Origin: a virus
Lineage: Duplodnaviria; Caudoviricetes
Reading direction: 5' to 3' (one strand)
DNA: 64,000 bases
Virus record (IMG/VR): IMGVR_UViG_3300028907_000004
Coordinates: 1 to 64,000 of that record
The notes below the pieces were generated by a model that saw nothing but the letters and a program-made list of their open reading frames with translations, had not been told where the DNA came from and searched no databases. Shown here piece after piece: positions 56,205-64,000 of the stretch. Both the position numbers and the translations under genes were made by a program. Position 1 is the stretch's first letter, and every line of letters begins with the position of its first letter.

Positions 56205-58068
56205 GGAGTTGAACGTGGCGGATGTGCGCGGTATCGACTCTGTGCGCGAAATTACCCGTTCCATGATGCTTCGGCCCATGGGGGGAAATGCGCGTGTGTG
56301 GATTCTTGACGAATGCTTTCCTGCCAACACCCCAATAACTACGCCGACTGGAGAAAAGCCCATACAGGAATTAGTGGAAGGGGATTCTGTATGCTCTCTG
56401 TTTGGAAAAAACGACGTTGTGGAAAAAACATTTAGAAAAGAAATTCCTCTCAGCAGGGTTGTTCGGATTGACTTTTCCAACGGGAAGGTTCTTTTTTGTT
56501 CGGACCACCACCAGTTCTTTACCCCGGACGGTTGGAAGTTCGCAAAAGACTTGATTTCTGGGGACTTTACTTTTAGCATCCTTCGTAATACTATGGGAGA
56601 AAACGGAGGACTTTATGAAGAGGTACAAGAGAACTATTTGTGTGGTGTGCCGAACGAAGCTCAAGCCCCACCAGAAAGTTTGCTGTTCGATAGCGTGTCG
56701 AAGTCGTTTGCGGGTAACGAAAAAGACCAGACTGTGCGAATACTGCCAAGTGAAAAAGATACCATATTACCCGAATCGTCAGGAGAAGTACAACCGGAAA
56801 TACTGCTCTCTTCAATGTCTGGCAGCAGCGAAAATGGAGAATCCGGAGTTTCGGAAAAAGCTCCACAATCCGGAAGTGTCGCAGAAGATAGCCTTGGCGC
56901 AGAAGGCTTTTTATTCGACAGAAGCGGGGAAAGCGGAAGCGCAGAAAATATCTATTCGCATGCGAACGAACAACCCTATGGAGAGTGCGGATGTTGTAGA
57001 AAAAATGCGAGTGACGAAAGAGCGGAACGGAACGTTGCGCCTACCGCCGAAGATTCGTGGTGGGAACGGTCAATTAACGCTTCCCCAGAAAACACTTCAT
57101 GGGCTTCTGGGTCCGGATTGGAAAGCGGAGTTTGTGGTGAATACGGGAGTAAAGAGAATGTGGAGCCGTCCCATTTACCCCAATCATTACAAACTGGACT
57201 TGGCGCTTCCGGGACTGCTTCTTTGCGTAGAGGTAGACGGAGCGAATCACAGAACGAAGCTGATTTCCTCTCAAGATCAGAAAAAGACGGAATTTCTGAA
57301 AGGGTTAGGGTGGACCGTATTACGTGTTACGAACGAGGAGGTAATGACGAACTCTTCCTTGGTGTTGTCGAAGATACAGAAAGAAGTAACGGCTTTGTTA
57401 CGATGTACGACGTAACAGTAACGGGCCACCCTAGCTACTTTGCAAATGGTTTCGCGGTACACAATTGTCACGCCATGAGCAAGGACGCGCAGAACGCGCT
57501 TCTCAAGCCGCTGGAAGATTGCCCCGACCACGTGTATTTCATGTTGTGTACTACCGATCCCCAGAAGCTCATTGCTACCATCCGGAATCGGTGTTCGCAG
57601 TTCGCCCTTACTCTTGTTTCCGACGAAGACTTGGCCGACTTGTTGAACGCCGTAGCCGCAAAAGAAGGCGTGGAAATTCCCGAATCGGTCATCAACAGTA
57701 TCGTGTCCGCTTCCGGGGGATCGCCGCGTGCCGCCCTGGTCCACCTGGATAAGGTCAAGGACTTGCCCGAAGATGAGATGGAAAAGGCCGTTTCCCGAAT
57801 CGACACCAACGCTTCTGCCGCCATTGACCTTTGCCGGGCCTTGTTGAAAGATAAGCCCAATTGGTCCGAAATCGCCAAGGTACTGTCGAACCTTTCCGGG
57901 GGAGAACCGGAGCAGATCAGGATGGCTGTATTGGGCTACTGTAACGCCATCCTGCTGAAGGGGAAGTTCAACGGAAGGGCGTGCTTGGTTATGGAGTGTT
58001 TCAAAGACCCCTTTTACAATGACGGCAAGTTCCGTCTTACTCTTGCTTGCGCCGCTTCAGTGGCGTAG
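56005..58068 (+). CDS. dnaX: Clamp loader gamma/tau-like ATPase, intein-containing
   Basis: HRPKTLKKVVGQ, FHGPSGCGKTT, ILDE|CH after splicing, DAQNALLKPLE, IRNRC. Confidence 0.9.
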   Translation: MPLHLDHRPKTLKKVVGQGATVAALKAVLERDDIPHAFLFHGPSGCGKTTLARIVAKKLGCSEMDIKELNVADVRGIDSVREITRSMMLRPMGGNARVWILDECFPANTPITTPTGEKPIQELVEGDSVCSLFGKNDVVEKTFRKEIPLSRVVRIDFSNGKVLFCSDHHQFFTPDGWKFAKDLISGDFTFSILRNTMGENGGLYEEVQENYLCGVPNEAQAPPESLLFDSVSKSFAGNEKDQTVRILPSEKDTILPESSGEVQPEILLSSMSGSSENGESGVSEKAPQSGSVAEDSLGAEGFLFDRSGESGSAENIYSHANEQPYGECGCCRKNASDERAERNVAPTAEDSWWERSINASPENTSWASGSGLESGVCGEYGSKENVEPSHLPQSLQTGLGASGTASLRRGRRSESQNEADFLSRSEKDGISERVRVDRITCYERGGNDELFLGVVEDTERSNGFVTMYDVTVTGHPSYFANGFAVHNCHAMSKDAQNALLKPLEDCPDHVYFMLCTTDPQKLIATIRNRCSQFALTLVSDEDLADLLNAVAAKEGVEIPESVINSIVSASGGSPRAALVHLDKVKDLPEDEMEKAVSRIDTNASAAIDLCRALLKDKPNWSEIAKVLSNLSGGEPEQIRMAVLGYCNAILLKGKFNGRACLVMECFKDPFYNDGKFRLTLACAASVA
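56314..57465 (+). mobile_element. Intein (384 aa) in dnaX Walker B
   Basis: Starts CFPANTPI, block B CSDHHQF, ends MYDVTVTGHPSYFANGFAVHN, +1 extein Cys. Confidence 0.92.
56615..57415 (+). CDS. DUF559/Vsr-like endonuclease nested out of frame inside the intein
   Basis: Own GGAGGA RBS 4 nt upstream; CxxC repeats; YKLDLAL...CVEVDGANH...DQKKTEFLKGLGWTVLRVTNEEV. Confidence 0.85.
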   Translation: MKRYKRTICVVCRTKLKPHQKVCCSIACRSRLRVTKKTRLCEYCQVKKIPYYPNRQEKYNRKYCSLQCLAAAKMENPEFRKKLHNPEVSQKIALAQKAFYSTEAGKAEAQKISIRMRTNNPMESADVVEKMRVTKERNGTLRLPPKIRGGNGQLTLPQKTLHGLLGPDWKAEFVVNTGVKRMWSRPIYPNHYKLDLALPGLLLCVEVDGANHRTKLISSQDQKKTEFLKGLGWTVLRVTNEEVMTNSSLVLSKIQKEVTALLRCTT

Positions 58069-58076
58069 GAGGCCAT

Positions 58077-58661
58077 ATGAGCATTCGAGATCGTGACTTG
58101 GACTATTACGCGGATTTAGAGTTCAACCCGGAGAATTTGGGCGAGGAGTGGCAAAAACAGCCAATCCTTTATTCCCGATACGCCGACCTGGCCGCTGAAG
58201 CTGAACTGGCATACAACAAGGCCGTCGAATACAAGAAGACGGTACGCAGTCAGATTTGGCTGGACGTAGCAAAGGCGGGGGAAGGACTTCTGGGCGATGG
58301 CGTAAAGCCCACGGAAAAGAACGTGGAAGCCTACATGCGCCAGGCCCCGAAATACATCAAGGCAAAGGAAGCGGAACTGGAAGCGAAGCGCGTTATGGAT
58401 GTTCTGAAAAACGCCGTGTTCGCTTTCCATCAGCGGAAGGTTGCGTTGGAGTCTACTGTTCAGCTGGTAGTTTCCAAGATTTATGCCTCTCCGTCCGAGC
58501 CGAAAGAACTGCGCCAGCTTGCCGAGTCGATTTTGCAGGCTTCGTCTGTAAATAAGATTCGGAAGGCTATGTCTGCGTCTTCTGCGGATGATGATAACGA
58601 TGACGCGGAAGATGAAAAACCTGTTGTGAGAAAACGTCTTGGATCCAAACGTACAAAGTAA
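58077..58661 (+). CDS. UvsY-like recombination mediator
   Basis: NPENLGEEWQKQPILYSRYA; helical; adjacent to SSB and RecA. Confidence 0.65.
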   Translation: MSIRDRDLDYYADLEFNPENLGEEWQKQPILYSRYADLAAEAELAYNKAVEYKKTVRSQIWLDVAKAGEGLLGDGVKPTEKNVEAYMRQAPKYIKAKEAELEAKRVMDVLKNAVFAFHQRKVALESTVQLVVSKIYASPSEPKELRQLAESILQASSVNKIRKAMSASSADDDNDDAEDEKPVVRKRLGSKRTK

Positions 58662-58673
58662 AAGGAGTACAGC

Positions 58674-59975
58674 ATGTCCAGTATGAGAGATCGGTTCAAA
58701 AAGCGCGCAAAGGAAGGGGCCCAGAAGGGGTTCTCTGTTCAGCTTCCCGAAGACGTCAAGCGGTTTGCCCCTAAAAAGGGAACGTACAAGCTGGACGTAA
58801 TTCCCTACACAGTTTCCGCCAAGAAGCACCCGGACGGCGTAGCCGCTGGCGAGCTTTGGTGCCGCCGCCCCTTCCTGATTCACTACGGAATCGGTGTGGA
58901 CAACAAGCCCCAGGTGTGCCCCCGCACTATCGGCAAGCCCTGCCCCATCTGCGAATACTACGAGCGCGAAAGGAAACGCCCTGGTGCGGATGAAGACGCA
59001 CTGAAGGAAATCCGCGCCAAGGCCAGGGAACTGTACAACGTCATCGACTTGGACAACGAGGATGACGGCATTCAGGTTCTCGAAATGTCCTACCATCTGT
59101 TTGGTAAGCTGCTGGAAAACGAGATCAACGAAGCCGACGATGACGAGGTTGCCGGCTTCGCGGAACTGAAGGGCGGCAAGACCCTCAAGGTGCGCTTTTC
59201 CGAATCTTCGATGGGTACCAACAAGTTCCTGGAAGCCACCCGAATCGACTTCCTGGACCGCGACGACTACAAGAAGTCGATTCTTGATGACGTTGTGGAC
59301 CTCGACACCGTCTTCAACATCCTGCCCTACGAGGAACTGGAAGCCGTCTTCCTTGAGGATGAAGGGGCCGGCATGGCCGCAGATGACGATGACGACGAAA
59401 AGCCCAAGTCGAAGTCCAAGAAAAAGTCCTATAAGGACGACGATGACGACGATGATGAGGCCCCCAAGACCAAGAAGCGGTCCAAGTCTGATGACGACGA
59501 TGACGACGATGAAAAGCCCAAGTCCCGTCGCTCTTCCAAGAAGGAAGAACCGGAAGATGACGAGGACGAGGACGAGGCCCCCAAGTCCCGCCGTTCCGCA
59601 AAGAAGGCCGCGCCGGAAGACGACGATGACGACGAAAAGCCCAAGTCCAGACGTTCTGCCAAAAAGGCCCAGCCTGACGCCGATGACGCCGATGACGACG
59701 CCGATGAAAAGCCCAAGCGCAAAGCGTCTTCCAAGAAGGCCGATGACGATGACGATGACGACGAGCCCAAGGCAAAGTCCAAGGCCAAGAAAAAGCCTGA
59801 ACCCGACGATGACGATGACGACGAGCCCAAGGCCAAGAAGGGCAAGGGCGGGAAGTCTGCCGGCGGTGAATGTCCGTTGAGCAACGGCACCTTCGGAAAG
59901 GACTTCAACAAGTTCGATGAGTGCGACGACTGTGAAGTCTGGTCCGAGTGCGGCAAGGCCAAAAAAGCTAAATAA
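58674..59975 (+). CDS. gp32-like single-stranded DNA-binding protein with long repetitive tail
   Basis: RPFLIHY...VCPRTIGKPCPICEY; about 200 aa of D-run/K-rich repeats. Confidence 0.75.
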   Translation: MSSMRDRFKKRAKEGAQKGFSVQLPEDVKRFAPKKGTYKLDVIPYTVSAKKHPDGVAAGELWCRRPFLIHYGIGVDNKPQVCPRTIGKPCPICEYYERERKRPGADEDALKEIRAKARELYNVIDLDNEDDGIQVLEMSYHLFGKLLENEINEADDDEVAGFAELKGGKTLKVRFSESSMGTNKFLEATRIDFLDRDDYKKSILDDVVDLDTVFNILPYEELEAVFLEDEGAGMAADDDDDEKPKSKSKKKSYKDDDDDDDEAPKTKKRSKSDDDDDDDEKPKSRRSSKKEEPEDDEDEDEAPKSRRSAKKAAPEDDDDDEKPKSRRSAKKAQPDADDADDDADEKPKRKASSKKADDDDDDDEPKAKSKAKKKPEPDDDDDDEPKAKKGKGGKSAGGECPLSNGTFGKDFNKFDECDDCEVWSECGKAKKAK

Positions 59976-59990
59976 GCAAATAAGGACTCC

Positions 59991-60572
59991 ATGATGAGAA
60001 CTATCATACCGCCGAAATTGATGGGCAGGGTTGCTCCGGACATTCCCCGTGAATATCGCTACGCGCCCCGGCCCCTGTCCACAACAGAAGCAAGTTTGGT
60101 AGCCTATCAACATGGAGTCCGTTTTCTTCCCAAGTCCATCGAAAGGCTCTGCCGTCGTTTGGTTCATACCGGCCTAGCCTACAAAGTAAGAAACAGATGG
60201 GTCATAGACTTCTACCTCTTCTTGGAGTACATCAATGGCAAGGACATCTCTCTTTCCCCGGAAAGGCTCCACAACCACAAATTCGTCTGCCCGTACTGCG
60301 GGAAAACTGAAGAGTATCGCGGCGAACATAAAGAATGGCGCGGATATGAGGCAGAAAGAAAACACCTCGAAAAGAAATCCAAAAAACGACGTAAGCCCAA
60401 AAAACTTCGTAAGTACTGGGAGCACACTCCTGAACCTGGTCCTGACGGATCGCAAGGAGGCCGGTTTCAGAAAAGGAAGGATAGTGAATCTAGTGGGGGA
60501 CAGCAGTGCGGGAAAGTCGTTTCTCGCACTAACCGTCCTCGCAGAGGCCGCCCACTCTCCAGAGTTCGATGA
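59991..60572 (+). CDS. Hypothetical DNA-binding/Zn protein
   Basis: RNRWVID, CPYCG; its 3' part overlaps recA. Confidence 0.45.
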   Translation: MMRTIIPPKLMGRVAPDIPREYRYAPRPLSTTEASLVAYQHGVRFLPKSIERLCRRLVHTGLAYKVRNRWVIDFYLFLEYINGKDISLSPERLHNHKFVCPYCGKTEEYRGEHKEWRGYEAERKHLEKKSKKRRKPKKLRKYWEHTPEPGPDGSQGGRFQKRKDSESSGGQQCGKVVSRTNRPRRGRPLSRVR

Positions 60573-61404
60573 CTACAGGTTGATCTATGATGACGCAGAA
60601 AACGCCCTTTGCTTCAATATGGAGAAGCTGTTTGGAAAGAAGGCCAGCAAACGAATAGACACAACCATCAAATCCGACACCGTCCAGAAGTGGAAAAAGA
60701 ATATGGTGCGCCTTGTTGAAGAGGGCGTTCCATTTCTTTACGTTTTGGACTCTTTTGATTCCCTGACTTCCGTAGAGGCCCTTGACCGCGCCATCAAAGC
60801 TGCGAAGTCTGATGGAGACGAAGGCGGCAGCTACAAGACGGAAAAGCCCCGGATCGGAAGCGAAACGGCATCCATGATCGTGGAGCCTATTGCGGAAACG
60901 GGGTCCATCCTGATTATCGTTTCCCAGACTCGTGATAACATCGGCGTTACCTTCGGGGAGAAAAAGACCCGTTCCGGCGGTAAGTGGCTTCAGTTCTACT
61001 CTACTCATGTTCCCTGGATGGCCATTACAGAAAGGGATCGTCACGAAGTTTCCGTCAACGGAAAGAAGGTCAAGCGTACCGTTGGCGTTCACACTCGTGT
61101 CCGCTGTAAGAAAAACAAGGTCACAGGAAAAGAACGCGAATGCGATATCAAGATTTCCTACGACTACGGCATTGATAACATATACTCCAACATCAAGTTC
61201 CTCGTAGACTCCGGCACATGGTCCGCCAAGAGCGGATATATTGACCCGGACGGAATCGCTGACGAAAAGATGAAAGCCGATGATCTGCGCCAGTATGTGG
61301 AAGACAACAACCTTGAAGAAGACCTGGCCGAACTGGTAGAGGAAACCTGGCACAAGATAGAAGAGGCTTTTGTTTCCAAGGAGAGGAAGCCTAAATATGA
61401 ATAA
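60346..61404 (+). CDS. recA: RecA/UvsX-like recombinase
   Basis: STGSTLLNL, GDSSAGKS, VLDSFDSL, VSQTRDNIG, SGGKWLQFYS. Confidence 0.9.
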   Translation: MRQKENTSKRNPKNDVSPKNFVSTGSTLLNLVLTDRKEAGFRKGRIVNLVGDSSAGKSFLALTVLAEAAHSPEFDDYRLIYDDAENALCFNMEKLFGKKASKRIDTTIKSDTVQKWKKNMVRLVEEGVPFLYVLDSFDSLTSVEALDRAIKAAKSDGDEGGSYKTEKPRIGSETASMIVEPIAETGSILIIVSQTRDNIGVTFGEKKTRSGGKWLQFYSTHVPWMAITERDRHEVSVNGKKVKRTVGVHTRVRCKKNKVTGKERECDIKISYDYGIDNIYSNIKFLVDSGTWSAKSGYIDPDGIADEKMKADDLRQYVEDNNLEEDLAELVEETWHKIEEAFVSKERKPKYE

Positions 61405-62308
61405 CGGGCTGTTTGATAAAATACTCGTGTTCGACGCGAATGGGGTGGCCTGGACCGAGTTTCACGGCATGCCCCAATTCTCTTTTAACAAGATACTCAC
61501 AGGAGTGGCCTATGGATTCATTCTCCAAATCCTTGCGCTTGCTGGGCACTACAACACAAACCGCTTCGTGTTCTGTTGGGATTCTCGCAAGTCTTTTAGA
61601 AAGGATCGCCACCCGTGGTACAAAGAAAAACGGGCCTATGAAAACAAGACCGAGGAAGAGCAGGAAAAATATGTTAAGGCCATCGGCCAGTTCCAGAAGA
61701 TTCGAAAGGAAATGTTACCGGGCCTGGGGTTCAGTCAGAATTATATGATGTCCGGCTATGAGGGTGATGACCTCATAGCTTCTGTGGTTTTGAATAACCC
61801 CGGCGACTTTGTTGTGGTTACCACGGACAACGATATGCTTCAACTTCTGGATCGTTGCGATATATACAATCCCAGGACCAAAACGGAAATCACCAAGAAG
61901 TCATTTTGGCGCGAAAACCACCTTACGCCGCAAGATTGGGTCCGGGTCAAGGCGATAGGTGGATGCGCGTCTGACTGCGTTCCCGGTGTGCCCGGAGTGG
62001 CTGAAAAGACAGCTTCGCAGTATGTTCGAAACGAGCTTTCCCCGAAGTCGAAAAAGTTCCAGAGCATTGAATCCTTCGAAGGAAAAACGATCATTGAAAG
62101 AAACGATTGGCTGGTGCGACTTCCCTTGGAAGATACGCCGCCGATCTACCCCCAGTTCAACGAAGACTCCTTCGATTACGATAAGTTCTTGGATATGTGC
62201 GCTGAATTTGGGTTCCGCTCCTTACTGAAGCCTGATATAAAATCTCTGTGGCGTTCTCTTTTCTGCGGAGAAGAAGAACGCCCAATGATGGGAGGTATGA
62301 CGCGATGA
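61397..62308 (+). CDS. 5'-3' exonuclease (flap/RNase H-type)
   Basis: [51 protein letters not shown]. Confidence 0.88.
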   Translation: MNNGLFDKILVFDANGVAWTEFHGMPQFSFNKILTGVAYGFILQILALAGHYNTNRFVFCWDSRKSFRKDRHPWYKEKRAYENKTEEEQEKYVKAIGQFQKIRKEMLPGLGFSQNYMMSGYEGDDLIASVVLNNPGDFVVVTTDNDMLQLLDRCDIYNPRTKTEITKKSFWRENHLTPQDWVRVKAIGGCASDCVPGVPGVAEKTASQYVRNELSPKSKKFQSIESFEGKTIIERNDWLVRLPLEDTPPIYPQFNEDSFDYDKFLDMCAEFGFRSLLKPDIKSLWRSLFCGEEERPMMGGMTR

Positions 62309-62526
62309 ACAACGATACGCCCACTAATAGGTACCATGACTATCTGAAGCAGCTCAAGAAAAACGAAAAACTAGCTTCGGCCCTGGAAGCTGCCAAAAAC
62401 GCCAAAACGCTTAAACGGGCATACGGTAAGACTGGAAGGAATGCGCCGTGTCCTTGTGGCAGCGGAAAGAAGTACAAACACTGCCATATGAAAGAAGTGG
62501 AGAGGAAATATGCTGTTGTCTCTTGA
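62305..62526 (+). CDS. SEC-C motif protein
   Basis: [18 protein letters not shown]. Confidence 0.75.
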   Translation: MNNDTPTNRYHDYLKQLKKNEKLASALEAAKNAKTLKRAYGKTGRNAPCPCGSGKKYKHCHMKEVERKYAVVS

Positions 62527-63181
62527 CCTGGGCTTCGTCAATACCGGCTATGTTGTGGTAAGCGAAAGGGGCCTGGAAACATACGGCACGATTACCACCT
62601 CAAAAACAACCAACAAGCAAGGGCGCGTATCTGACGACAACGTCAACCGCTGCTCCCATATCGCTACCGAAATCAACAAACTTGTAACCCACTATGGCAT
62701 CCGGGGAATTATGGGGGAACTTCCTTCTGGCGGCACCCAAAGTAGCTCTGCCGCGAAAGCCATGAGCCTAGTGACTGGGTGCGTAGGGGCGTGCGTAGCT
62801 ATTTTGGACCTACCGTGCGAGTGGTGTACGCCCCTTCAGACCAAGATGGCTCTGTGTGGATCAAAAACGGCCAGCAAGCAGGATATGATGGAAAAGGCCG
62901 TAGAGGTTATGCGGGGAGGGTCCGAAAAGAAGGCAAACGGGGTACAGTACTGGATGCCTTTGGTGTCCGGAAAGCAAGGCCCCAGAATGTTCGGGTCTAC
63001 TTTCGAACACGTAGCCGACTCCCTTGGGGCCTTTATGGCTCTTGAAAGCGGACTCCTTGTAAAACTTATGAAAGTGATGCCCCTATCCGGAGGACCGAGA
63101 TCATGCCTTTCAAAAAAACACTCCAAATACTCGACAGAATTGCCGCCACGCCGTCCTCAAAGGACAAAGCCAAGATCATAG
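62510..63181 (+). CDS. ruvC: RuvC-like Holliday junction resolvase
   Basis: [28 protein letters not shown]...SKQDM, HVADSLG. Confidence 0.8.
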   Translation: MLLSLDLGFVNTGYVVVSERGLETYGTITTSKTTNKQGRVSDDNVNRCSHIATEINKLVTHYGIRGIMGELPSGGTQSSSAAKAMSLVTGCVGACVAILDLPCEWCTPLQTKMALCGSKTASKQDMMEKAVEVMRGGSEKKANGVQYWMPLVSGKQGPRMFGSTFEHVADSLGAFMALESGLLVKLMKVMPLSGGPRSCLSKKHSKYSTELPPRRPQRTKPRS

Positions 63182-64000
63182 AACACCACGCTACTGATCC
63201 TTTTTTCCGTAGCGTGGTTTTGTACGCTTTGAATCCGCATTGGCGTTTCAAGATGACGGAGGTTCTTCCACCAACTACGGACGAAGACCCATTCGGGCTT
63301 GACGTATTCCAGAACCTAGATTGTATGGTGGAAGCCTCCGGCCTTACCAACTCCCAGAAACAAATAGCCTCCAACATATTTCACGCCTTCGGAAAGGAAG
63401 GTGTCGAAGTCGTAAACCGCATTCTCCAGAAAGACCTCAAATGCGGTGCCGGTCCCAAAACCTTCCGGAAGTTTATTCCAGAAATCCCACTCCATGAAGT
63501 TATGAAGTGCGGATTTATGAGCAACCTCGACAAGTGGTTCAAAAACACCCCGAAAGAAAGACGCGCCTGGTCGCATAAAATCAACGGCGTCCGTAATTGG
63601 GCTATTGTTGAATACAAGGGGGCAACTCCCGTTCACCTTTCCAACGACGGCTTGGAGTATCCCAACTTTTCTGTATTCAACGAAGCAATACTGGAAATGG
63701 TGGAGATGCGACCCAAGAGCGAACGCAACAAATATCCTTGTATTTGGGACGGGGAAGTTATTTCCACAGACGCGCACTTCAATCAAAGAATTAGTGAAAT
63801 ACGAACCCACAACAACGCCCACCCGGACAAGTTCCGGTTTCTCATATTTGATTACGTCCACCCAGAGTTTCCGTTGTGGATGCGTGATTTAATAATAGAC
63901 AGGACTCTGGGAAGGGTTCGCCCCAAGAACATTCAAAAAGTAGACCTCATCGAGTTCGCCCATAAAGAGCAAGTTGAGCAAATCTTTAGGGAATACGTGG
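63103..64000 (+). CDS. ATP-dependent DNA ligase (partial)
   Basis: GGAGGA RBS; ILQKDLKCG; motif I HKINGVR; IWDGEV; FLIFDYV. Confidence 0.8.
   Translation, partial: MPFKKTLQILDRIAATPSSKDKAKIIEHHATDPFFRSVVLYALNPHWRFKMTEVLPPTTDEDPFGLDVFQNLDCMVEASGLTNSQKQIASNIFHAFGKEGVEVVNRILQKDLKCGAGPKTFRKFIPEIPLHEVMKCGFMSNLDKWFKNTPKERRAWSHKINGVRNWAIVEYKGATPVHLSNDGLEYPNFSVFNEAILEMVEMRPKSERNKYPCIWDGEVISTDAHFNQRISEIRTHNNAHPDKFRFLIFDYVHPEFPLWMRDLIIDRTLGRVRPKNIQKVDLIEFAHKEQVEQIFREYV

Noticed and set aside
1-64000. Prophage boundaries, integrase, diversity-generating retroelement, stop-codon recoding
   Set aside because: No integrase, att repeats, reverse transcriptase or host genes were seen, and long genes read through in the standard code.

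Overview
The window is a continuous piece of a tailed dsDNA phage genome (long non-contractile tail type). No integrase or host flank is visible. 1-21.4 kb (minus strand) is the morphogenesis module: tail tip, tape measure, frameshifted tail chaperones, tail tube, neck, capsid, scaffold, portal and terminases. 21.5-24.6 kb holds small plus-strand ORFs ending in a holin-like gene. 25.3-34.1 kb is a leftward 'early' region of small unknown ORFs behind repeated sigma70 promoters, and is saturated with the octamer GGGGTCCG. 34.8-64 kb (plus strand) is a large replication/recombination module: sigma-like factor, SNF2 helicase, primase, DnaB, beta clamp, UDG-domain PolA, intein-containing DnaX, UvsY-like, gp32-like SSB, RecA, 5' exonuclease, RuvC and ligase. 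The best leads are: (1) a candidate new modification pathway embedded in the replication module (two SPL-like radical SAM enzymes, a fold-II PLP enzyme, a DUF2156-type aminoacyl-tRNA-dependent transferase and a DUF4338/Mom-like GNAT), next to an anticodon-less tRNA-like RNA; (2) the GGGGTCCG motif field; (3) an intein carrying a separately translated endonuclease in a different reading frame; (4) an array of four c(GAA)g DNA hairpins between primase and helicase. All family calls are from motif recognition by eye. No database search was run.
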